From Candidatus Micrarchaeia archaeon (GTDB taxonomy: Archaea > Micrarchaeota > Micrarchaeia > CAILAH01): DNA of 35,470 nt. The stretch is taken from contig JAVYLZ010000001.1 in NCBI GenBank assembly GCA_038740245.1, forward strand, positions 29,375 to 64,844, given 5' to 3'. Below, one piece after another: positions 10,154-18,980 of this stretch. Below the pieces are notes generated by a model. It saw nothing but the letters and a program-made list of their open reading frames with translations. It was not told where the DNA came from and made no database searches. Each line of letters starts with the position of its first letter. Position 1 is the first letter of the stretch. A program made the translations under genes and the position numbers.

Positions 10154-10927
10154 ATGGAAAAGATGGATATATTATGGGGGACCGGTTTATTGGTTTTCCT
10201 TATATCATTTTTGGTTGGTTTTGCGGAGCTGCCTTATGTCCTGTATACCGCTGTAAGTTCGATCTCCCCACTATTGCTTGCAGTTATATGTGCCATCGCG
10301 TGCTACATATTTTGGAGCGAATATCGCCCGCAGCATCTGTATCTGTTTATGATAGCCATGTTCTTGTGGGCTTTGGGTGAGACACTCTGGTTTTGTGCGC
10401 AGTATATTGAAGATGTCCCTCCTGAGTATGCCGACCTGCTTTGGCTGGCAGGGTATCCCTTCCTCGTATTCGGATTTGTTGATTACATAAGAAAAAACAA
10501 TATCCGTGCAGATTCAATTGTTCTTGCAACAATCTCGGCCATCTCTATAGTCTACATTACGGTGCTTCTTAAGTACCTGCTTCCGGTAACACTTGATTTT
10601 GAGGGAATTGTAAACCTAGTTTATCCGATCGGCGATGTTATATTGCTTGCGCTATCATTCTATATAGTCCTAGGCCAAGACAAAAATAACTGCTTTGGCG
10701 GAATTGCTAGGTCAATGCTGTTGTTCACGATATTTGACTCGCTATATACTTATTCCGTTAAAATCGGTGCATATAATGATCTCGCACCATTCATAGACCC
10801 GATATATGTGCTGGCATATCTAGTGTTCCTGTATGCGGTGTATTCCCGCTACCGTGATGTTGCCGGCTCAAAAGAGATTGCCGTCAGCCGCGTGAAGAAA
10901 CGTGCGCGCCAATCTCGGAAGCGGTAA
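10154..10927 (+). CDS. Multi-pass membrane protein resembling a stand-alone membrane sensor domain
   Basis: About 7-8 hydrophobic segments. WALGETLW, ADLLWLAGYP and YPIGD motifs resemble membrane modules of GGDEF/kinase sensors. Confidence 0.7.
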   Translation: MEKMDILWGTGLLVFLISFLVGFAELPYVLYTAVSSISPLLLAVICAIACYIFWSEYRPQHLYLFMIAMFLWALGETLWFCAQYIEDVPPEYADLLWLAGYPFLVFGFVDYIRKNNIRADSIVLATISAISIVYITVLLKYLLPVTLDFEGIVNLVYPIGDVILLALSFYIVLGQDKNNCFGGIARSMLLFTIFDSLYTYSVKIGAYNDLAPFIDPIYVLAYLVFLYAVYSRYRDVAGSKEIAVSRVKKRARQSRKR

Positions 10928-12731
10928 GTGCCCTGCTGTATATTGCAACTTCATCAACCACGCCGTTGAAATACCTTGCACCGCCTGTTGTGCGGCATAT
11001 GTTTACTGAAGTGGTTGAGGACCTGAGTGCCCCGCTCGCCGACACACTGCGCTCATTATTCCCGTTGATGTATATTTTTAGTGCTGAGCCGTCGTACACA
11101 CACGCGACGTGGTACCATTCCCCCTGGATTGGCGAAGTGGTGCTGTTCACGCTTATTGTGTGCGTGGCATTGCGTATTGTGCATGTGAAGTAAGTGTTGT
11201 TTATGCTGTGGCCAAGCGTATAGTGCGCAGTGTTTCCCTTATCAAGTATTACCGCCTGCGACGTGCCGCTTGAAGGCGGGATGTTCCACTTTACGAATGC
11301 CTCGTATGTTATTTGGTTTCCTATAATGTTAAGGGAAGCGCTGTTTGGTGATGAGATGTAGCCGCTGGAACCGCAGTTTACCCCGCTGCCCGCCTTGCCG
11401 GCATCCCATGCCGCAGTGCCAGCAAGCGTGCCCACATTGTTGTTGCCAGAATCGTCAAATGTGCGTGTACCGCTTCCCTCATTCATATACCATATTGCGC
11501 TTGCGTTGGTCTCGCTGTAGCAGTCCGTTGTCACTGATGAGTTTTCGCCGAACTCGCATATTCTGTTGCCAGGCGTATAATCAACACGCGAGTAAAAGTG
11601 CGACGCAATCTCAGCAGCGCTCAGCGTGCGGTTGTAAATTATGACCTCATCAACAACGCCGTTGAAGTATCTTGTGCCTCCTGTAAGCCGGCAGAGGTTG
11701 ACTGCGGTTGTTGAGGGCCGCAGTGCACCGCCAGCAGTCACATTTTTCTCAAGCTTCCCGTTCACGTAAATACTCAGCAATTCCCCATCATATGTGCATG
11801 CAACATGGTACCATCTGCCGCGCACCGGCTGTGTGATGCTCGTTACCGAGCGTACTGCAGTTGAGTTCCTTATTGTGCACTGGAAATACTGGTTGCTGGT
11901 GCTGTGCGTCAGCGTATAATGCGCGCCGTTTCCCTTATCCAGTATAACTGCCTGCGATGTGCCGTTCGCTGGCACGATGTTCCACTTAACCCAGGCCTCA
12001 TAAGTAATGTTTGCGCCACTGAGGTTGAGCGACCTGCTGTTTGGCACAAGGACATATCCGCTGCCGGTGCAGTTTAGCGCCGTGCCGCCGCTCCCCGAGA
12101 CCCATGCAATTGCGCCGCTTAGGCTGCCCGTGTTGTTGTTTCCTGAGCTGTCATAGGCGAGCAGCCCTGAACCTTCATTAAGATACCAGGCGGCACCGGC
12201 ACCGCTGAGGTTGTAGCAGTCACCGGTTATAGTTGAGTTTTCACCCGGCTCGCATATTTTGTTGCCCAGCGTAAATTCAACTGCAGAGGGCGCACAGTCG
12301 CCGATTAGCGGCTTTGAGCCAACAAATTTGTTGCCAGTGATTGTTGTCCCCTTTGCTGAAATTATGTCACACGTAAGCATCAAGTCATAGCCGAAGCTTT
12401 TCCCGCTGCAAGGCACAGGCAATATCCCAGATACAGTGTGCCTCTCGCCAGCTGAGAATATCACGGTGGATATGTTCATTGGCTTCCCTGAAAGTGAGAC
12501 CTCAGTCAGGCGAATGCGCGAGCTTTTCCGGTTTTCAAAGGTGATCTCAACAAAGTTGCCCTTAATGTTGTAGCTTACGATGGACAACGGTGTGGCGCTT
12601 TCCCAATAGCTGGCGCTCTGTGTTTTTTCAACATGGCTAAAAGGCTGAATTATTACGAATGCAACAAGCGCGACTAAAATTGCAACTATAAGCAAGAGCT
12701 TATATTCCGCGCTTACCTGCCCGCGCCGCAT
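10884..12731 (-). CDS. Class III signal peptide (pilin-like) protein with two LamG/concanavalin A-like domains
   Basis: MRRG^QVSAEY plus a hydrophobic helix; two copies of W.NEGSG..D.SGNNN.G / WYHVAC.YDG / YFNGVVDEV.IY.R.L. Confidence 0.85.
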   Translation of the reverse strand: MRRGQVSAEYKLLLIVAILVALVAFVIIQPFSHVEKTQSASYWESATPLSIVSYNIKGNFVEITFENRKSSRIRLTEVSLSGKPMNISTVIFSAGERHTVSGILPVPCSGKSFGYDLMLTCDIISAKGTTITGNKFVGSKPLIGDCAPSAVEFTLGNKICEPGENSTITGDCYNLSGAGAAWYLNEGSGLLAYDSSGNNNTGSLSGAIAWVSGSGGTALNCTGSGYVLVPNSRSLNLSGANITYEAWVKWNIVPANGTSQAVILDKGNGAHYTLTHSTSNQYFQCTIRNSTAVRSVTSITQPVRGRWYHVACTYDGELLSIYVNGKLEKNVTAGGALRPSTTAVNLCRLTGGTRYFNGVVDEVIIYNRTLSAAEIASHFYSRVDYTPGNRICEFGENSSVTTDCYSETNASAIWYMNEGSGTRTFDDSGNNNVGTLAGTAAWDAGKAGSGVNCGSSGYISSPNSASLNIIGNQITYEAFVKWNIPPSSGTSQAVILDKGNTAHYTLGHSINNTYFTCTIRNATHTISVNSTTSPIQGEWYHVACVYDGSALKIYINGNNERSVSASGALRSSTTSVNICRTTGGARYFNGVVDEVAIYSRALTASEIGAHVSSRG

Positions 12732-12773
12732 GCTACTATATTGCACCTTTATTTTATATTGGTGATATGTTTC

Positions 12774-13010
12774 CTATACCTTAACTACCTGCCAGATATA
12801 CTGGCCCCTTGTGGTTATTGGCGTAATGCTTACTTTCAGCCGGTGTTGTGCCAGGAACTCATTGAGCCGCGCCTCCAAATCCTCCGGGATCTGGTCGCAG
12901 CTTGTCCACGTGCACACCTCTTTTGTCACTATGCAGTCGTATACAGTGTCCGCATCCACATCTGATATGCCCATGCCCATCAATAGGGCCATATACTCCT
13001 CTTTAGCCAT
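12774..13010 (-). CDS. Small hypothetical protein
   Basis: 78-aa ORF from ATG 13010, with a TATA-like element (ATATATAA, minus strand) upstream. Confidence 0.6.
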   Translation of the reverse strand: MAKEEYMALLMGMGISDVDADTVYDCIVTKEVCTWTSCDQIPEDLEARLNEFLAQHRLKVSITPITTRGQYIWQVVKV

Positions 13011-13139
13011 ATAGCACCACTCCATACGCCTATCGCACAAAACCTTTATATATGAAATTTTGCCGAACTCGGCACCGCATTCCCCCCACAAAATCAAAAT
13101 AAATACTATGTGCGCCTAAATAAGCCACAGGGTGCGCAT

Positions 13140-14258
13140 GTGAAAATTGCAATACTCGGCGATTTCCATTTTGGGTATGACCGCTTTTACGATGACAGCT
13201 TTGTTCAGGCGGAGCGCGCGCTCAGGGCCGCCTGCGAACGTGCAGACCTTGTTCTTGTTGCAGGCGATATTTTTGACGAGCGCGTGCCCAAGCAGGAAAC
13301 TATCGCAAGGGCATTTGAGGTTTTTTCATGTGTAACCAAGCCAGTTTTTGTGATTGCGGGCACGCACGAGCGCAGGCCGCAGGGCTTTGTGAATCCTGTT
13401 GAGCTGCTGTGCAAGGCAGGGTTTGCACAGTCGTGCCACGCACGCACATGCATTTTTGAGAAGGACGGCGAGAAGGTTGCGCTGTACGGGCTTGCAGGCG
13501 TGCCGGAGGAATACGCAAAAGCCGCGGTTGAGCGGCTCGCGCCAAAGCCGGTTGAGGGCGCGTTTAACATATTCATGTTCCACCAGAATGTTAAGGAGCT
13601 TATGCCTGCAGTTGAGCACGGGCTTGCAACCGAGGACCTCCCGAAGGGGTTTGACCTGTACGTGTGCGGCCACCTGCACAAGAATTATGAGCTGCACAAG
13701 CAGGGCGTGCATTTGCTTGTGCCTGGCAGCACTGTGCTCACACAGCTGCGCAGGGAAGAGGCGCAGAAGGGATTTTACATATATGATACAAAGGCAAGAA
13801 CGGCGGAGTACATAACTATTGAGACGCGGCCTTTTATTTACCGAGAGGTTGTGGTTGGCGAGCCCGCTGCACTCAAGCAAACTGTTGAAGCCGAGCTTTC
13901 GCGCATTGACCCTGTGGGCAGGCCGATCGTGCGCATAGACATCTCATGCGAGGGGCTGTGCGCTTCAGACCTGCGTGAGTTGCATTTGATTGAGGAGGCA
14001 TATGCAGGAAAATTTTTCCTTAGTATAAACGTAGCTGGTGCAGAGGCGGGGCTTGAGGGCGATGTGCAGGAGCAAATGCTTCCAAGTGAGGGCACGGTGC
14101 GCGAGCGCGGCATAGCCGTGCTTAAGAAGGTAATTGGGAAAAACGGCCATGCATTCGGCAATGTTGAGGAGCTGTTTGAGCTTGCCTGCGATGCAAGCGA
14201 GGAGCAGTTCAGGGAGTATGTTCTTTCAATGGTGCGTGAAAAAGGCAGCAGCAAGTAA
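13140..14258 (+). CDS. mre11: Mre11/SbcD metallophosphoesterase nuclease
   Basis: GDFHFG, AGDIFD, AGTHE, MFHQ, GHLH and PGS phosphoesterase motifs. GTG start assumed at 13140. Confidence 0.9.
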   Translation: MKIAILGDFHFGYDRFYDDSFVQAERALRAACERADLVLVAGDIFDERVPKQETIARAFEVFSCVTKPVFVIAGTHERRPQGFVNPVELLCKAGFAQSCHARTCIFEKDGEKVALYGLAGVPEEYAKAAVERLAPKPVEGAFNIFMFHQNVKELMPAVEHGLATEDLPKGFDLYVCGHLHKNYELHKQGVHLLVPGSTVLTQLRREEAQKGFYIYDTKARTAEYITIETRPFIYREVVVGEPAALKQTVEAELSRIDPVGRPIVRIDISCEGLCASDLRELHLIEEAYAGKFFLSINVAGAEAGLEGDVQEQMLPSEGTVRERGIAVLKKVIGKNGHAFGNVEELFELACDASEEQFREYVLSMVREKGSSK

Positions 14259-14271
14259 TGCATAAGGTGTT

Positions 14272-15021
14272 GTGATGGCTGAAAAGGTGAAGAAGGATTT
14301 GGTTGGCTCAATACGCAATGATATTGCAGCGGGCATCGGTATAATAAGCGACTCCATAAGCGCGGGTGCTCAGGCCTCCGTTTCAAAGGGGATTTTGCTG
14401 ATTAAATATCTCGTAATGACGTTCGTGGTTGCGTTTGCATATGCGATGCTTTTGGGCATCCCTTATATGGGCGATACCATATTCATCCCGCTTGCGCTGC
14501 TCATACTAATGTTCCATTATGAATTCCTTGGCATGCCGGCAAACGACCGCATGCGGCTGGCCAAAAACACACTGCTGAGCGCCATAATTTTGGCAGTGGT
14601 ATTCTATTTGTTCATGTTCTCATCAGGGGGTAAGAGTGCGGCCGCAGTTGCCGATGATGGCGCGGCACCCGGCCAGCAAGAACAAGCTGGCCAAGGCGAA
14701 GCCGCACAGCCATCTGTGGCGGCAATACTTGCATCCTCCATTTCAATTTTCCTGTTTGTGCTATTCGTGTTTATGCCCATTTATATGGTAAAGGCGGGTG
14801 CCGGCTTTATGCAGGCCGCCAGATCCTCGTTTAAGTTCATATCCAAAAACTCCATGAAAACGATGTCATACGTGCTTTTGTTGCTGCTGTCATTCTCAAC
14901 GCTTTCATCACTCCCCGCATTGGTTGGGCTGACACCGCTGTCAGCGCTTTTGTTTATGCTTCTCGGCTATGCGTTCTTCGTATTTACGTACTCCTTTTGG
15001 GAGCGGTGCCGGCCTGCATAG
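14272..15021 (+). CDS. Multi-pass membrane protein
   Basis: About six hydrophobic segments; AARSSFKFI amphipathic motif. Confidence 0.65.
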   Translation: MMAEKVKKDLVGSIRNDIAAGIGIISDSISAGAQASVSKGILLIKYLVMTFVVAFAYAMLLGIPYMGDTIFIPLALLILMFHYEFLGMPANDRMRLAKNTLLSAIILAVVFYLFMFSSGGKSAAAVADDGAAPGQQEQAGQGEAAQPSVAAILASSISIFLFVLFVFMPIYMVKAGAGFMQAARSSFKFISKNSMKTMSYVLLLLLSFSTLSSLPALVGLTPLSALLFMLLGYAFFVFTYSFWERCRPA

Positions 15022-15059
15022 GCTTAAAAACATCCCCGCATAATCATATCGGTGTTCAT

Positions 15060-15497
15060 ATGAAGTTTGTTGCAAGTGCAGGCATAGGCCTGCTTCTGTC
15101 CGTGTTGCTGATTGCGATACCGATGGTATTGGCATTTATACCCGGCGTTGGGGCAGTTGTGAACATCTGCAGATGCCTGCTCTGGCCCGGCCTCTCAGCG
15201 GTTGCCGGCTACGCTGCTGCATCAGTAGCAGGCGTGCGGAAGGAGGATTGGAGCGGGCTTGCAACTGAGATGGCGGTTCTTGCACTGTCGTTTGCAGTCG
15301 TGTCGCTTGTGCTCCAGATTCTCTCAGCGGTTCTCGGGCTGGGCATAAATGTTGCCACAGGCAGCAATGCAGTCGGCGCGGCGTTCCTTGCAGGCATGGG
15401 CATAATAAGTGCGGTGTGCAGCATTGTCATGAGTTTCGGCATCACTTTTGTGGCTGCATTAATAGGCGGCGCGATTTGCCTGGCAACAAAGAAGTAA
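15060..15497 (+). CDS. Small four-TM membrane protein
   Basis: Highly hydrophobic ORF from ATG 15060, followed by a T-rich tract. Confidence 0.65.
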   Translation: MKFVASAGIGLLLSVLLIAIPMVLAFIPGVGAVVNICRCLLWPGLSAVAGYAAASVAGVRKEDWSGLATEMAVLALSFAVVSLVLQILSAVLGLGINVATGSNAVGAAFLAGMGIISAVCSIVMSFGITFVAALIGGAICLATKK

Positions 15498-15539
15498 CCG
15501 CCGCATCTGATTTTTATTTCTTTATGCCAAGTGGTATAG

Positions 15540-15953
15540 GTGGCAAGCAATACCATTCTTTACGGTGCGGCCAACATACTCATAGGCCTTCTGCTTTATG
15601 CGGCGTTTTCAACCTACGTGCCGGAATATCTGGATTCAATGGGCATGCCTTGCACAAAAGGCGATGGCCTTACGTGCTCAACATTTCTTGATTTTGCAAC
15701 TGCAGTTGCGCTTATAATCGGGGTTGTAGGGCTCGGCCAGATACTCTACTGGGCCATTTTTGAGCGGGGCAGGGATGTGCAGGTGAGTGTGAGCTCGCGG
15801 CTGGATGCGAGCGCGCGCACCGAGCCGCCGCCGAAGGGCTTCCGCATATGCCCTGAGTGCAACCTTGCAAACGAGCCGTCCGCCAAGTTTTGCAGTGATT
15901 GTGGAGCACCATTGGCAAAAGGCAACAAGCGGGATAAGCAGGGGAACGGTTAG
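15540..15953 (+). CDS. Membrane protein with C-terminal zinc ribbon
   Basis: Two TM helices, then CPEC...N...AKFCSDCGAPL. Confidence 0.8.
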   Translation: MASNTILYGAANILIGLLLYAAFSTYVPEYLDSMGMPCTKGDGLTCSTFLDFATAVALIIGVVGLGQILYWAIFERGRDVQVSVSSRLDASARTEPPPKGFRICPECNLANEPSAKFCSDCGAPLAKGNKRDKQGNG

Positions 15954-15982
15954 CTTATGCTATACATAAAAGGAGTGGGATA

Positions 15983-16207
15983 ATGTCAAATGCAGTGAAA
16001 AAGGATGCATACGGAAACGGCAAGTACCAGTGGGTATGCCTTGCAAAGCAGCTTTCTGAGCGTGTGACAATAAACGGTGAATCGGATTTTTGCAGGAAGC
16101 GGAAATGCAAGGGGCGGTGGAGGACCTTTGACGCCAAGAAGCCGGCGCCCGAGTGCCCATTGGCAATAGTCATACTTATGGAATCAAAGGATTGTGATGA
16201 CAACTAG
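15983..16207 (+). CDS. Small Cys-rich hypothetical protein
   Basis: GGAG upstream of the ATG; five Cys in 74 aa. Confidence 0.5.
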   Translation: MSNAVKKDAYGNGKYQWVCLAKQLSERVTINGESDFCRKRKCKGRWRTFDAKKPAPECPLAIVILMESKDCDDN

Positions 16208-16222
16208 CTAACCCTTCTGCTG

Positions 16223-17311
16223 CTATCTTCCGCGAGCCAGCTCGTCAATAAGCACGGTTGCATAGCTGCCCTTCTGAAGCGCAAACCTGAGCCGCACAAT
16301 CCCCTCACCAAGGTCCGTGGCATCAAAATTGATGATGGGTGCATACAATGGCCTGTACCCGCCTTTAACATCAAATGCCTTGAATTCCTGACATGAAATT
16401 CCATATTCATCTAGCAGTGCGCGCTTATACCTGTTTATGGCCCTGCATTCATAACCCACCAATAGCCCCACCGTAAACTCATTGCCCTCAACATTAACAT
16501 CTGCAAAGCCGTACCTGTTCCTGCCGCAGGCATATTCGCCCTCAAGCACGCCGGTCTCGCCGTCGCGTATGCGCATCTCAAGCTCCCGGTTGAACAGCAG
16601 CGACTGGAATGCGTGCGTGCACAGCTTGAACAGCCGCATATTACTCCTGATGAACCGTTCAGCGCCCATTTTCCTGCTTTGCTGCAGCATCCGTTCCTCC
16701 CATTTCTCAAGCCCTACCTCCTCAGGGAAATACTCGGCAACCGCGCCCTCATAATCCCCCTTGAGCAGTTTAAGGCCTACCATTGCAGTGTTCTTGCGCA
16801 GGCTGCCGAACCGCTGCTCACCGAAATAGTTTGGGAACCGGTCAGGCGCATTCTTCATAATGTCCGATGCGCTGAAGCCGCACTCCCTCAGCGTAATGTC
16901 AAACATATTCCCGACCATATCCTCGCTTTTTATCCAGCGGTTGGCTCTCCAGAATGACAGCACTTCCACATCTTTTATCCGCCGTATCCTTTCCACAATC
17001 TCCTCATCATTGCCCTTTATGCAAACCGAAAAAACCTGATATGCCACAGCATTCCTATCCTTTATGCCCGCATAGTTGACGCGCTTCTCGTTTACGCGCA
17101 CGCGCTTTGCAATCTCCTTGGCAAGGTCTATTGTGTTCCAGTTGACCTTTTTTATTGCAATCCACAGGAACGCGCCGCCGGCCGCAGGGTCCCCCTTGGC
17201 AACGGATGCACCCTCACCGCTTGCAAGTATCTCGTCAACAACAAAATCCTCTGGATACACCTTAATTTTGTACAACCCAAACTCCCCTTCCTGCCTTGAT
17301 TTAAAATGCAA
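16223..17311 (-). CDS. truD: tRNA pseudouridine(13) synthase TruD
   Basis: IKVYPEDFVVDE, YAGIKDRNA (catalytic Asp), GNMFDITLR, FPNYFGEQRFG, AFQSLLFN, FALQKGSYAT. Exact start uncertain. Confidence 0.93.
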   Translation of the reverse strand: MHFKSRQEGEFGLYKIKVYPEDFVVDEILASGEGASVAKGDPAAGGAFLWIAIKKVNWNTIDLAKEIAKRVRVNEKRVNYAGIKDRNAVAYQVFSVCIKGNDEEIVERIRRIKDVEVLSFWRANRWIKSEDMVGNMFDITLRECGFSASDIMKNAPDRFPNYFGEQRFGSLRKNTAMVGLKLLKGDYEGAVAEYFPEEVGLEKWEERMLQQSRKMGAERFIRSNMRLFKLCTHAFQSLLFNRELEMRIRDGETGVLEGEYACGRNRYGFADVNVEGNEFTVGLLVGYECRAINRYKRALLDEYGISCQEFKAFDVKGGYRPLYAPIINFDATDLGEGIVRLRFALQKGSYATVLIDELARGR

Positions 17312-17366
17312 ATCCTTTTTATTTGTGCCAGAATGCGCTATTAAAATTTAGCGCGCTAATTGCAGC

Positions 17367-17687
17367 ATGGAAACGTTCCAGAAGCTGTTCATAATTGCAC
17401 TGCTGCTTTCGGGCACGGCCATTGCAGCCACACGGCTCGGCGATGTGCTCTCTGCAACAGAGCAGCAGATGCAGGGCACAATCCCGCTTATCTCAGCAAT
17501 ACTAATCGCGGTGGGCGCAATTATCGCGGTAGCGGCATACGCAGCCACAAAGTTTATCTCGTTCAGTGAGCAGAACGAAAAGCTAATTATGGGGATCGCA
17601 CTTGCAGTTACTGCCATATTCATACTCTTTGGGGCAATCGGCCTTGTGCTGGCCTTTATGTCCGGCTGGCTGAGCAACCTATTTTGA
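17367..17687 (+). CDS. Small membrane protein (signal peptide plus two TM helices; VirB2/TrbC pilin-like topology)
   Basis: Cleavable-looking signal TAIA^A, then two hydrophobic helices. Topology-based only. Confidence 0.55.
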   Translation: METFQKLFIIALLLSGTAIAATRLGDVLSATEQQMQGTIPLISAILIAVGAIIAVAAYAATKFISFSEQNEKLIMGIALAVTAIFILFGAIGLVLAFMSGWLSNLF

Positions 17688-18833
17688 GCGGGCAGTGTGC
17701 AGCAGTGCATACCTCTGAAGCGGTTTAGGTACCGCCAAAACCACCTTTTCCCTGAGCGTTTTCAGGGCCCTTCTCATTTCTGAACCCGCCCCGCCAGCGG
17801 ACAGCGCATCCTCAAGCACGCGTATTGTGTTATCATAGTCAGCACGCTGCACAGGGAACGGTATCCCGTCCTTGCCGCCGTGCGCAAACGAATACTTTAC
17901 AGGGTCTCTCCAAGTAATCTTCGTGCCATACACAAGGTCGGCTACGAGCGCAAGCGCCCTTATTTTCTTCGGGCCCATGCCTTCAAGCATTATGAGCTCC
18001 TCGTAGCTGCGCGGCTGCAGTTCATATGCCATCTCAAGCACGCGCCTGTCACTCTCACTCAAATCAATTCCCCTTATGTAATGGTCTCTTTTTAGTGTTA
18101 GCGTATCCTCTTCCAGGTATTCACAAATGGATGCCTGCCCTTTAAAATACCTGTAAATATGCCGCGGGTTGTCCTTAACAATATCAAGGGAAGCTTTGCG
18201 CACATCGCGGTTTTCAGGGGCACTTAGGTCAAGCACATCCCTTTCAAATGCACCCGCAATCCCTGTGTGCGGCCCATCCGTGAACCCGTGCGCGGCCACG
18301 CTTTCAGAGGTCCAATGATACCGCCGTGCATACCCGTTCGCATCGTTCAGCCCCTGCTGCACAACTGCATACCTGCCCGCACAGTCAAAAAACATGCAGT
18401 GGTGGTAAAGCTGGTAGCCATCCTGCACAACCGCACTGTCAACTTTTGCAATTATCCTGCTGGCGTGCACCAATTCATCTGCATGCCTTATATTCCTTGA
18501 ATGTATTTCAGCGGGGGCATTTCTGGCAGTTGCACCCTTCCCCCCGGCCGCATATACCCCCATGTCATTGTGTTCCATATACTCTTTCAGTGCGCCGCAC
18601 GTTGTGGTAGTAAGGCCGCTTGAGTGCCAGTCAAACCCGAGCGCGCACCCGAGTGCCTGGAAAAAGAACGGGTTCCCAAGCCGCCTTAAAAATTCTGCGG
18701 TACCGTATTCATCTATTATGAATTCGGCTATTAGCCCGCCAAGCCGCACCATCCTCCTGAAAAGCCATTTTGGTGCCCTGCCGGTATGCAGCGGTAGGTT
18801 CGCACTGCCACTGCGGATTGGCCAGTTGTACAT
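17679..18833 (-). CDS. DUF763 family protein
   Basis: LPLHTGRAPKWLF, GFDWHSSGLTTT, KVDSAVVQDGYQLYHH, ARRYHW, SFAHGGKDGIPFPV. Confidence 0.92.
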   Translation of the reverse strand: MYNWPIRSGSANLPLHTGRAPKWLFRRMVRLGGLIAEFIIDEYGTAEFLRRLGNPFFFQALGCALGFDWHSSGLTTTTCGALKEYMEHNDMGVYAAGGKGATARNAPAEIHSRNIRHADELVHASRIIAKVDSAVVQDGYQLYHHCMFFDCAGRYAVVQQGLNDANGYARRYHWTSESVAAHGFTDGPHTGIAGAFERDVLDLSAPENRDVRKASLDIVKDNPRHIYRYFKGQASICEYLEEDTLTLKRDHYIRGIDLSESDRRVLEMAYELQPRSYEELIMLEGMGPKKIRALALVADLVYGTKITWRDPVKYSFAHGGKDGIPFPVQRADYDNTIRVLEDALSAGGAGSEMRRALKTLREKVVLAVPKPLQRYALLHTARSK

Positions 18834-18980
18834 AAAGTTAGCTCGCAATTGCTGGTTTTAATCAGTATGCGGCCGTGTTTCCAGTATTTGTTGTCCAGGA
18901 TATATTCTGACATGCCACGCCAAGAAGACTGGAGTTCCCCCAGTATGAAAATTTATATTATTTCCAGTAAATACGGAGTT

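Noticed and set aside
13147..14386. Long antisense or alternate-frame ORFs overlapping mre11 (and similar ones over trmJ, hemK, radA, ahpC)
   Set aside because: Shadow ORFs of well-supported genes, with no motifs of their own.
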